From NCBI GenBank assembly GCA_025603075.1, contig MU626299.1, positions 1-64,000 of the forward strand: a stretch of 64,000 nucleotides of DNA, written 5' to 3'. This stretch comes from Neoconidiobolus thromboides FSU 785. Its lineage: Eukaryota; Fungi; Entomophthoromycota. Both the position numbers and the translations under genes were made by a program. The notes under the pieces were generated by a model. The model did no database searches. It saw only the letters and a list, made by a program, of their open reading frames with translations, and was not told the origin of the DNA. Shown here one piece after another: positions 39,378-49,944 of this stretch; within the stretch, counting starts at the first letter, position 1; every line of letters starts with the position of its first letter.

Positions 39378-39475
39378 AGGGATGTATTTTTGTGTTTAAG
39401 AATTTTACTAACAACTTTTCTGCTCAAATAGTGCTTAAAAAATAGAAAAAGTGATAAAGCCAAAAAAACATCCCC
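39378..39475 (-). mobile_element. ~98-bp MITE
   Basis: AGGGATG...CATCCCC, flanks ATAT/ATAC. Absent from the paralogous segment at 520-1000. Confidence 0.8.
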
Positions 39476-39729
39476 ATACTGTTATCTAGTATATAATAGA
39501 TCAAAAAAATAATATAGTTCTAATTAAAGTTATAAAGTCTATAGAAAATAAAAAATTTAAAAGTTAATTCCAGCTTATATTATAAAAATAATAAAAAATT
39601 AAAAGTTTCAATATTTATAAAGCAAGTAGGTAGTTTTTTAAATGATAGAAATCAATCATTAAATGTTAATGTTATTTAAACTATTAGTAGCTGAATTGAT
39701 AAATAATAAAGGGCAAATAGTTATAATAA

Positions 39730-40193
39730 TGTAAGATATCGCTTTGTCAGCTCCGTGGTTAATTATAGCATAATAGCCACCTAAGCTGTTGTATTCTCGA
39801 GTTCAGAGACAATCAATCTCATACTCTTATTTTGATTTACTATGAGAATTTCTATCTTCCTCTCAAAGAATATTGCCTTCTTATTTTTATATCTATACTT
39901 GTCGGAGTATAAAAGAGATTCTAGAACATAGTAGCTTGAGGTTTTTAAATTGAATTATTGCTTAATGTTTTGTACCTTTAATGAAGCTATTAAACCTTTC
40001 TGATAGTACTTTACATAGATCTTAGATTAGTATTGTCTATTCTATTTGTCTTACATAGTCTGTAGCTTATTACATGTTATTCTTGATAATTCAAGTTTAT
40101 CTTAGTCACATAAACTAAGACCTTTCGACCTATAGCATAGTCAACCAAGCAAAAACTACTTTTGACTCCAATCACTGAGTACCAGATTTCACA
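39730..40193 (-). mobile_element. Solo LTR, inverted relative to the 38592 copy, chimeric A/B
   Basis: 39965-40193 is the exact reverse complement of 38592-38820. The remainder is subfamily A type. Confidence 0.85.
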
Positions 40194-40314
40194 TAAATAA
40201 GACAATACTTTTTATACAAATTAATTTAAACTTTTGATCATTTTAAATAGTCTGGGAGAATAACAAAAATATGAACTTAGTTTAATAAGTTATATTTTAG
40301 TTATTTAAATATTT

Positions 40315-40413
40315 GAGGATATTTTTTTTACTTCATTACTTTTTACATTTTTTTAAGCACTATTTGAGTGGAAAAATTGCTAGTAAAATTCTTAGACATA
40401 AAAATATATCCCC
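40315..40413 (+). mobile_element. ~98-bp MITE
   Basis: GAGG...CCCC ends, TSD ATTT. Confidence 0.85.
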
Positions 40414-40593
40414 ATTTATTATATTTTAATTTATTTTTTATAATTTAGATAACAGTCATATATTATTTTCATAAATTAAAATTTATTAACTATATAGCTT
40501 AAAGCATACAAGTATTAGCTTTGTTTTAATACTATAATTATTTTACTTAACTTTTATAAATTTTATAATTTTGAACTTATTAATTTAATATCT

Positions 40594-40688
40594 AGAGATG
40601 TATTTCTTTGTTTGAGGGTTTTATTGATAATCTTTTCATTCAAATAGTGCTTGAAAAATGGAAAAAGTAATGAAGCCAAAAAAACACC
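40594..40688 (-). mobile_element. ~98-bp MITE, degenerate
   Basis: Colinear with the consensus, ends eroded. Confidence 0.65.
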
Positions 40689-41158
40689 ATTTATTAACAT
40701 TTTCTGCTGTTTTTATATAAACTGCTTATTATTAGAATTAATTAACTAAAGTTTAAAAAAATTGTTAAAGTATTTTATATAAAAATTAAGTTTCGTAAAA
40801 CATTATATTACAAGTTTGTTTTAGTTATTGAGGCTAAAAAATTTTGACTTCTAATAAATAAATAATTAAGTTTTACTGTTTTTTTACTAAGCATTAAATT
40901 TCATAGTTTTAAGCAATTATATTTAATCTTTAAGTTAAAATAATGATTTCTTAAATATTTTCATTTTATATTTTAACAAAAAAAACTGTTATTTTTAAGT
41001 TAATTATAATTTAATTTACTAGAAAACAGAGAAAAATGATGAAACTAAAAAAACACCTTTATTTAATAATAATAATAATAATATCATTAATTTAAAAATT
41101 AAGTTTATATGTGTATTTTTAAGCATATGTTCTAATTTAGAGAATTAAAACTTTATAT

Positions 41159-41255
41159 GAGGAAGTTTTTTTTGATTTCATTGCTTTTTCCATTTTTCAA
41201 GCGTTATTTAAGTGGAAAGATTGTTAGTAAACTCTTAAACAAAAAATACAACCTC
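41159..41255 (+). mobile_element. ~98-bp MITE
   Basis: GAGG...CCTC ends, TSD ATAT. Confidence 0.85.
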
Positions 41256-41608
41256 ATATAATTGTTTTTTACTTTTTAATTCAAATTAATTTTCAGTTTT
41301 TGCATAATTAACAAAACCATAGTTATTTAATGGTTTTATTTAAGTAGTTGATTAAAAATATGATATTTAAGTTTAATTGCTTTATGTCAGTTATAGAGGG
41401 CTGGAAATTCAAAAAAAGTTTGGAATAAGTTATTGCAAAAATAAAGTACAAAAAAAATTACTTAAAAAAATATAAAATAATAATAATGATAATCAATATA
41501 AATAAAAAACACAAATATTCATATTAAAATATTCTTTAATATAACTATAAAAAAACTTATGATAAAAAGTTTAAAATGTAAATAAAATTTGAAACTTAGT
41601 TTTATAAT

Positions 41609-41708
41609 GAATTATATTTTTATGTCTAGGAATTTTACTAACAATTTTTCCACTCAAATAGCGCTTAAAAAATAGAAAAGTAATGAAATCAAAAAAAACA
41701 TTCCCCCC
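41609..41708 (-). mobile_element. ~98-bp MITE, one end eroded
   Basis: Consensus core, ends CCCCCC followed by ATAT. Confidence 0.7.
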
Positions 41709-42012
41709 ATATTATGTTATTTTTTATAAATAGTTTCTTTTTTGAAAGTTATGATTTGAAACTAAACTTTTGTATATAATAAAAAAATTATATTGTAGTT
41801 TATAAAGTCGTTATTTTTAATACTTTATACTAGAATATTAAAAGTGTGTAATTGAAAAATATTACAAGTCAGTTACAGTCTCTAATTTAAGCAAATTAGG
41901 CTTATAATGGGACTAAATAGCCTTTCTCCTTTATGCTTTCAAAACATTACGTGTTGGCTTTTAGCGGCTATATCCTATAAAGTATATTCCCCCTTTAAAA
42001 ATTTATAAATAT

Positions 42013-42122
42013 GGGAGTGTTTTTTTGACTTCATCATTTTTTCCATTTTTAATTTCCATTTTTAAGCACTATTTAAGCGGAAAAATTGTTAGTAAAATTC
42101 TTAAACACAAAAATACATCCTC
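42013..42122 (+). mobile_element. MITE with ~12-bp internal duplication
   Basis: GGGAGTG...ATCCTC, TSD ATAT. TTTCCATTTTTA is duplicated. Confidence 0.85.
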
Positions 42123-43389
42123 ATATAATGTTTTACACCATCTTAAAAAATGTACAAAACTCTAACAGTTAACAATTTCAAACAAAAAACTCAATAAAGA
42201 CTTGACAAAATACTGCAAATTTAATCATCTTGTTGAATTTTTGCTTTGCAAATGTTCAATCTTGGTGGATAATATATTCTTCAAAAAGATATACTATAAC
42301 TTAAATCACTCAGTCTATAAAGAGTTTTCGGGTCTAAGCAATTGTTCAAGAGCTTTTTTTGTATTAAAATAAATATACGGATAAAAAATCATTAACTCCA
42401 CTATTTTTAGTTTTAAAATTAAAATTGATATCAATAACTTTATGACTAGATCAACATAAGTGCTACTAATCTATTATCGACTTTGAACTAAATTGAGGTG
42501 AGGTATCCTTTAATTATCTTCAATTAGTACTAAATAAGCTTTACGATCTATTATCTATAATAATAGAAAGGATAATAAAATAGTAAAATATTATAGCATT
42601 GTTAAATTAAATGATCTAACTATTTTTAATAAAGCCATGAATTTTACGGGCTAAAGTATTACTAAACTAAGTTAATAAATGATGTATTATATTATAATGT
42701 AATATGATATTGATTTATTTCCAATGTATGGAAGTGGGGTTCAATAATCAAATATAACAAAGCTAAAAGATGTAATAGCGAATAAAACATAAAATTATAC
42801 ATAAGAAAAAGTAATGAATCGATACTTTAAAACATTAATAAATTATTTTTTTTATTAAAGTCAATCTAGAAATAATTTCATGTTGAAATTTTTTGCCTTG
42901 TTTTATATTACTCAAGTTTATACTATTGCTATTTTTAAAAACAATAAGGGAGTATAAAAAATAAGTTCGATAGTTTGATTTAAGAGTGGGTCAATAACCC
43001 TTAGTAAAAAAGTACCATCTCAATATATTACAAAAGTTAAGTAAAAATGTTTTATTTTTACAACTTTTAAGGGCAAAAATAAACCGGAATAATATTTTAA
43101 TGAATTATAAATTTATGATGTTACACTCACCTAATCCAATGATATAATTTCAAGTAGTAAAATTTGAAATATTTTTACTTTTATGAAACTCAATAGGATA
43201 TGTGATTAAGGGGTGAACCATGAGTTTGAAATTTTCTGTTTATTCTTAATATGTAAATATAAATGCTAATAAATAGCGTAAAGCATCATTAGGTAGAAGT
43301 CACAATTTTCTATATAGCAACCCTATAAAAAGATGCTCACTAACTTATATTAGATCTAACTTTTTAAATATTAAAAGATCAAAAATCCA

Positions 43390-43890
43390 ATGCTTAAGGG
43401 TAATATTATGAACATGGCAGAAGGAATACATTGTTATCATTATAATTTTCATTCTTCTGTAAATGAAATTTCATATATTAATCCCTACTCAAATTCTAAT
43501 GATCGTTGTAAAGGCTCTATTAAGTTACCAAGTATCTCTGAGTTATTTAAAGAATCAGAACTAAAACCGATAAGTGATACATCTCATATTGATACTCCTA
43601 CCAAATCTAAATCAAGCAGTTCTGAGCTTGAAAGTAATTACCTAAGCAATCAAAGTAGCAGTATGAAATATTATAACGATTACAGTAACCCAGTAGCAAA
43701 TAAGATAGGAAAACCGTACAAACCTAGACTTCGTAAATCGGACTATCAAACCCATGTACTTGCTCAAGTGTTTTCAGCTAACCAATTCCCGGATCGTAAA
43801 TTAAGGGTTTGTCTGGCTAATTTATTAAACCTTGACCAAAGAAATATCCAAATTTGGTTTCAAAACAAGCGTCAAAAATTACGAGGCTAA
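43390..43890 (+). CDS. Homeodomain protein HD5 (Q50), 166 aa, intronless
   Basis: KPRLRKSDYQTHVLAQVF...FPDRKLRVCLANLLNLDQRNIQIWFQNKRQK. KLPSISELF motif. TATAAAA at 43324-43330. Confidence 0.95.
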   Translation: MLKGNIMNMAEGIHCYHYNFHSSVNEISYINPYSNSNDRCKGSIKLPSISELFKESELKPISDTSHIDTPTKSKSSSSELESNYLSNQSSSMKYYNDYSNPVANKIGKPYKPRLRKSDYQTHVLAQVFSANQFPDRKLRVCLANLLNLDQRNIQIWFQNKRQKLRG

Positions 43891-46795
43891 CATAGTCCTT
43901 TAAAAAATCATTATAACTGTTTTATGATATTCCCTCAGTCGGAAGTATTCTACACTTTTTCTTCTACTTTTTAAAAAAATTATATTAAATCACTGTAATT
44001 TATAGGATTTTTAATGTTTATATTAATGTATTATAATTTGAACTTAATCTTAATTATTAAAAATTGTTTTCCTATTATTTTAATTAATCATTCATTCATT
44101 GTGATAATATTATTTAATCTTAATACTTTATTTTAAGTTATTTATTTAATAACTTTATATTATTAAATAGCCTAATAATAATATAAAATTATAACTTTAA
44201 ACATAATATCGAAAAGTCACTTTTTTAAATATTATTTATCGTACAACTTCTAAAAAATGTTACAGTGTTAAAGTTACAACCTTTATAAAACTTAAATTTT
44301 AACCGGGGTTAATTAAACTAGATAATTATTATTTGGTTAACTTTGTTTATTTTTATCCGATCCTTTATAAAGCACAGGGTAGTTATCATTGTAATTAATT
44401 TCAAATATCTTATTAAACAACTATGACATTTATTAACTAAATATATATATACTTTCTATGTTTCAAAATTTATTGTAATGAAATCTTTAAGTCTATTTAC
44501 TTCAAATTCAAACAATATATAATAAAACGTTAATAGAAATAATTTGTAAGTAATTTATCATAATAAATGGGGCTATATCATAATCATTAAATAAGAAAAT
44601 GGAGAAATATTTAAAACATATTAATAAGTTAGATAGGTTGGAGAAATCGTACAAAAAAAGGCAATAATAGAAAAACAGAAATTGATTGGCTTAAATTTAA
44701 TTAATTCTAAATTTTTTAAGTCAAACTAACTTCAATATTAAGATAAAAAATGAAATGAAATAAAAGAGCAATATAAAAATTTGCAAAACTAAATTAGAAA
44801 CATTAATATCATTTTATCAACAATTTCAATATTATTAAAACAAAACAAAACAAAATGTTATTTTAAAATAAATAAAAGTAAATAAGTTAAAAATAAATAA
44901 TGGAAAAAAACATAAAACTATCCTTAAACAGGTTAATGTTTTAAGGGGCGAATTCAGGTGATTTAAGTAAAAATGCAAAAGTTAACCATAAATTGAGTTA
45001 TAACATTACAACTTTTTAAAAAAGATTGTTAAAATTAACCTCCAATGTTGATTAAATTTTACTATTTATCCACACCATTGTACCAAATATAAATTGAATA
45101 TAATAGATATTGCCCATATAATAATTGTAATAAAAGCTACATATTTAATTCAATTATTTCATTTTTAGGTTCTAATTAATTTGTTGGTTATTATATTTAT
45201 AAATATATATGATAACACTGTTTTTTTTATTAAAACTGTTAAATCATTATCATTTTAATTCAAACTCAACGTTTAAAAAACGTTTGTAATAAATTAAAAT
45301 AGACTGGGCTAATATTAATTTATCTTGAACTTTTGATCCGAATTAAGTTGTGAAAGTTTCTCAAAAAATACTCTCCGTTTATTAGTCAATAATTTTTGTG
45401 TTAAATCCCAAGGCATAAAACTAAGTCTACTTTTTAAAATAGCTTTAGCATAGTGTGACCTACACAAACCTGTAATTAAAAAGTAAATACCATACTTAAA
45501 ATAACAAAAAAATAAGATCGATTTAAAACTCAATAAACCCATAACTTAGATTATGATTTCATAGGTTTTGATAATTTTATTTGTTATATTTATATAACAG
45601 CAATAATATCTGATTATACTAAATGAAAAAAGACCCATTCAGTTATCATCTCATATTGAATAAAGAGTCTAGAGTGATTAAAATAGATATAAATTGCAAT
45701 TAATATGTTATGAAATGGGGTGCTCCAATAGAAATAGTCAAATAAATTGAAACAAATAAAATTGAATATGGTATAGTTCCATGAAAATAAGCTCAGTTAA
45801 TCTGGAGTTAAAACAAATTAAAATTAGACTTTAAGGACTTTGACTACATAGAATTGTTCTAAGTTGGGATACAAATAAAGTAAATAAATGTTGGTATGTT
45901 AACAAAATATACCTATCTATATGTTTTAAGAGGTATGTTTATTAAATAATTCTAGTACTATAATTTATTGAGTTAAAGTTGAAAAGAATTTTGATTAATT
46001 AATTAATATATCTAAAAAAAATAATGTATTTATTACAATTTGAATAAACACATTGACTACAGAAACTTATACTGTCTTAATATTATAACTAGATTTTGTA
46101 AAAAATAGTTATAAAATCAATTTTATCTTGCCTTTCTTTTTTCGACTATATATCATCACATAAAAAGCATATAAGAATAGTCCCGTTAATTAATATATTT
46201 TTCATTAGATCATTACTTTCACTCTTAGTTATGAAACTTTAATAAGTTCTTTGTTATAAATTGATGATATTATAAATTATAAAGATTAATTCTTTAATTT
46301 CTGACTTCTTATTAAATTGGTCACTTAACAAAAAAAATTGTTTTAAAAAAATTTAAGGAGAAAAGTTACTATGGCTTAATAACTAAGCGTACACTCTATT
46401 TACAATCACTAAACGTAAATATAAATTACAAACTAAGATAACTTGACACCCATGAGAACCAACAAATAGTTAAATGTTTGCTTTTAATAGGCTTATAAGC
46501 CAATAAACAATACATTACCTTTTCTATAAAAAATAGGGTTTAATTAAGTATTAACCCTGAATCTAAACCTGCATTATAATTATTTCAAATAGAAAAAGGG
46601 GATAATGAAATTTAGAAGATATAGCCATATAGGGGAAAAACTTATCTCGAATGCTTAAGTTAAGGAGCTAAAAAAAGTTGTAAGCTTATTTGAAAATTTT
46701 ACTAATTTTAATTGTCCAAAAGTTACGATTAAAAAGTATATAAGAGAGTAAATAATCAAATATTAATTTTTAATTGTACTATAAAAAAATTAAAA

Positions 46796-47269
46796 ATGAA
46801 CTACTTAAATCAATTCTCGTTAAGCCATAAAATCTATTCCTACTTTGATTATCCCAATGATTTATACTCTGATATCAAATTACCCGAATTGAAAAATTTA
46901 ACTTATGGTGATGAGTCTTTGGAAAAATTACCTAGTATGTCAGAACTAATCAACTGGTCTCTTTTAAACAATCATATCTCGCCAACGCCCTATCATAAGC
47001 GTAATAGATCTAGTGTATATAATGAATTATCATCTAATTCAATATATTCGAATGAAAATTTATTTCTAGAATTCCCAGGGATGAGAGTTAGAAAATCTTT
47101 AAACCAAGTAGATTCTTTAGAAAGAGCTTATATGATTACTCCTTTCCCTAATCGAAGCTTAAGAGTGCAATTAGCTAAATCTCTTAACTTAAAACCCCGT
47201 ACTATCCAGATTTGGTTTCAAAATAGACGCCAAAAAGCTAAACGATCAAACTCCATCTCTTCAAATTAA
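46796..47269 (+). CDS. Homeodomain protein HD6 (Q50), 157 aa, intronless
   Basis: GMRVRKSLNQVDSLERAY...FPNRSLRVQLAKSLNLKPRTIQIWFQNRRQK. KLPSMSELI motif. TATATAAG at 46737-46744. Confidence 0.95.
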   Translation: MNYLNQFSLSHKIYSYFDYPNDLYSDIKLPELKNLTYGDESLEKLPSMSELINWSLLNNHISPTPYHKRNRSSVYNELSSNSIYSNENLFLEFPGMRVRKSLNQVDSLERAYMITPFPNRSLRVQLAKSLNLKPRTIQIWFQNRRQKAKRSNSISSN

Positions 47270-47943
47270 GGTTATTTCCTCTTACTAACAAAAATGTCAT
47301 AAAAATTTAATCAAATTTAGATATTAAATACTTTTATTTTATTTTATTTTATTTTATTTTACTCTTAAAAATATAAGCTCTAAATACATTGTTCACTATA
47401 ATAAAAGAACAAGTGCTAAAATCTGTCATTTTAATGAACTATGTCACTAACAGACTAATCTGATAAAGGAACAAAGTTTAGTAATCACTTATTTTTAAAG
47501 AGTTGAGAAATTTTGAATACAATTTTGCCTTCAAGCTCCCAGATGATTTTATAAGTTAATGTAATAGCTATAAAGTTGAGCTAAATTGTTATAAAGCTTT
47601 TATGAACAACTTAAGTATTGATACTTTTTTTGAAAATTATAAAATAGAAAAGTAGAGTCCTATAAATATTTTTAATAGTAAACAATTAAAAGTTAAAACT
47701 AAAAAGTTAAAATAGTATATTGAAACTTGTAAAAATGTAAGTTTTATTTGTTTTCATTTTTTTCATTTTTTTCATTTTTATTTTGTTAATATTAAATCAA
47801 CCTCAAGCTATTAAAAGATTTTAGCATAAAATAGATTTCATAATATATTATAATTTAGTTATGAGTCATTTACATGGTTTTAAGAGTTTTAAAATTTTAT
47901 TAGTAAATTACGATCTTCTTATACAAACCGTATATAATATTAT

Positions 47944-48219
47944 TGTGAAATATTGCTTTGTCAGCTCTGTGGTTGACATAACAACTACTTAAGTTGTTGT
48001 GTTCTCAAGTTCAGACACAACCAATCCCAAGCTTTTTATTTTAATTTGTTATGAGGATTTCTGCAATGTGATTACGAAGAACATTATCTCCCCGTTTGAT
48101 ATCCATATTCCCCTTACATAGTCTGTAGCATATTATATGCTATTGTTTATAATTCAAGTCTACCTTAGTTACATAAACTAAGACCTTTTGACTCCAACCA
48201 CTGAGTACTAGATTTCATA
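47944..48219 (-). mobile_element. Internally deleted solo LTR (subfamily B)
   Basis: Both termini kept. 5-bp TSD ATTAT on both sides. Confidence 0.8.
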
Positions 48220-48443
48220 ATTATTAAATATTATAAAGACAAAGGTAAATATAAGTATAAATTTTATGATGGTAAAAAAAGCACCAAAATCAGTAATAAA
48301 GATTATAGTTTTTTAAAAGAATTATCAGATAATAGAATAATAGCAATATTTCAATATTAGATCAAATATAAAAAAAAAACTGTAAAAAGATTTACTAATC
48401 ATCATCCTAATAAACATTTAATCAATTTTATAACTTCAGAATG

Positions 48444-48535
48444 TAGATGTGATTTTTTTGATTTTATCACTTTTTCTATTTTTCAAACACTACTAAATAA
48501 AAAACTATTAATAAAACTCTTGAACGAATATATAT
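48444..48535 (+). mobile_element. Highly degenerate MITE copy
   Basis: Weakly colinear with the consensus. Confidence 0.45.
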
Positions 48536-48680
48536 AAATATATAATGACAAATTAATAAAATATTTTAAAAAGATTAGTTTTAGTAAAAAAATACTTAAC
48601 TTATTAAAAGTTTTTAACAGAAAAATTAGTCATAAAAATAATTATATCTTTATAAACAAAAATATATATAATTATAATAT

Positions 48681-48778
48681 GGGGCTGTTTTTTTTGGTTT
48701 CATTACTTTCTCCATTTTTCAAGCGCTATTTGAGTGGAAAGATTGTAGCAAAATTCTTAAACATAAAAATATATCCCC
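48681..48778 (+). mobile_element. ~98-bp MITE
   Basis: GGGG...CCCC ends, TSD ATAT. Confidence 0.9.
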
Positions 48779-48782
48779 ATAT

Positions 48783-48877
48783 GCAGATTTGTTTTTTTGC
48801 TCAAGAATTTTACTAACTTTTCCACTTAAATAGTGCTTTAAAAATGGAAAGAGTGAGAAAACTAAAAAAAATATCCC
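48783..48877 (-). mobile_element. ~98-bp MITE, inverted and abutting the previous copy
   Basis: Shares the ATAT at 48779-48782. ATAT at its other end too. Confidence 0.8.
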
Positions 48878-48888
48878 ATATAGTCCTT

Positions 48889-49351
48889 TGTGAAATATCG
48901 CTTTGTCAGCTCCATGGTTAATTATAGCATAATAATTGCCTAAGCTGTTATATTCTCGAGTTCGGAGACAATTAAGTCCATGCTTTTATTTTGATTTGCT
49001 GTGAAAATTTCTATCTTCGTCTCAAAGACATTATCCCCTCGTTTTGATATCTATACTTGTCGGAATATAAAAGAGATTCTAGAACACAGTAGCTCGAGGT
49101 TTTTTAAATGGATTACTCCCTAATATCTCGTACATTTAATAAAGCTACTAAGTTTACTTAATAGTATTTTACGTAGATTTTACATTAGTATTGTCTATTC
49201 TATCTGTCTTATATAGCTTGTAACCTATTACGTGCTATTCTTTACAATTAAAGTCTATCTTAGTCACATAAACTGAAACCTTTCGACTTATAGTGTAGTC
49301 AACCCAGCAATAGCTGTCATTGACTTCAATCATTGAGTACCAGATTTCACA
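48889..49351 (-). mobile_element. Solo LTR (subfamily A), 463 bp
   Basis: TGTGAAAT...ATTTCACA with a perfect 5-bp TSD TCCTT. Confidence 0.9.
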
Positions 49352-49392
49352 TCCTTAAGCAAACTAGATCTTTAAAAAAAGGAAAAGTATAC

Positions 49393-49490
49393 GGGAATGT
49401 ATTTTTGTATTTAAGAATTTTACTAACAATTTTTCCGCTCAAATAGTACTTGAAAGATGGAAAAAGTAATGAAGCCGAAAAAACACCCCC
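49393..49490 (-). mobile_element. ~98-bp MITE
   Basis: GGGAATG...CACCCCC, consensus core. Confidence 0.8.
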
Positions 49491-49515
49491 GTATAGTACT
49501 TTTTAAATATTATAT

Positions 49516-49608
49516 AGGGTGTATTTCTGTATTTAGGAGTTTTACTAATAATTTTTCCCCTCAAATAATGCTTAAAAATGAAAAAAGTGAAATCAAAAAA
49601 ATACCCCT
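49516..49608 (-). mobile_element. ~98-bp MITE
   Basis: AGGG...CCCT ends, TSD ATAT. Confidence 0.8.
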
Positions 49609-49731
49609 ATATGTTTATTTTACTTCTATTAATTTAATTAATAAGTTTTTTTAATTAAAAATTAATAAAATTAAAATTAATAATTTTCCCTAATTAGAAA
49701 AATGAAAACAACTCTAATTACTGACATAAAC

Positions 49732-49784
49732 TTACTAATAGAAATAAAAAATGGAAAAATAATGAAACTAAAAAAAACACCCTC
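49732..49784 (-). mobile_element. MITE fragment
   Basis: AAAAATGGAAAAATAATGAAACTAAAAAAAACACCCTC followed by ATAT. Confidence 0.55.
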
Positions 49785-49853
49785 ATATTTTAATTTATTT
49801 GAAATCATTTAATTATAATACTAGTAAAAAAGTGCTTTAAAAAATTAAATATT

Positions 49854-49944
49854 GAGAATGTATTTTTTTTATGAATTTTACTAATAATCTTCGCCCAATT
49901 AGTGCTTAAAAATGGAAAAAATGATGAAACTAAAAAACAATCCC
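49854..49944 (-). mobile_element. ~98-bp MITE, degenerate
   Basis: GAGAATG...AATCCC, consensus core. Confidence 0.7.

Noticed and set aside
2587-47269. Homeobox array as a mating-type (HD1/HD2) locus or a true Hox cluster
   Set aside because: No TALE-type domain (no 3-residue insertion, all Q50), no divergent HD1/HD2 pair and no HMG gene. The domains lack Hox-diagnostic sequence (e.g. YPWM, ELEKEF), so any likeness to Hox is organisational only.
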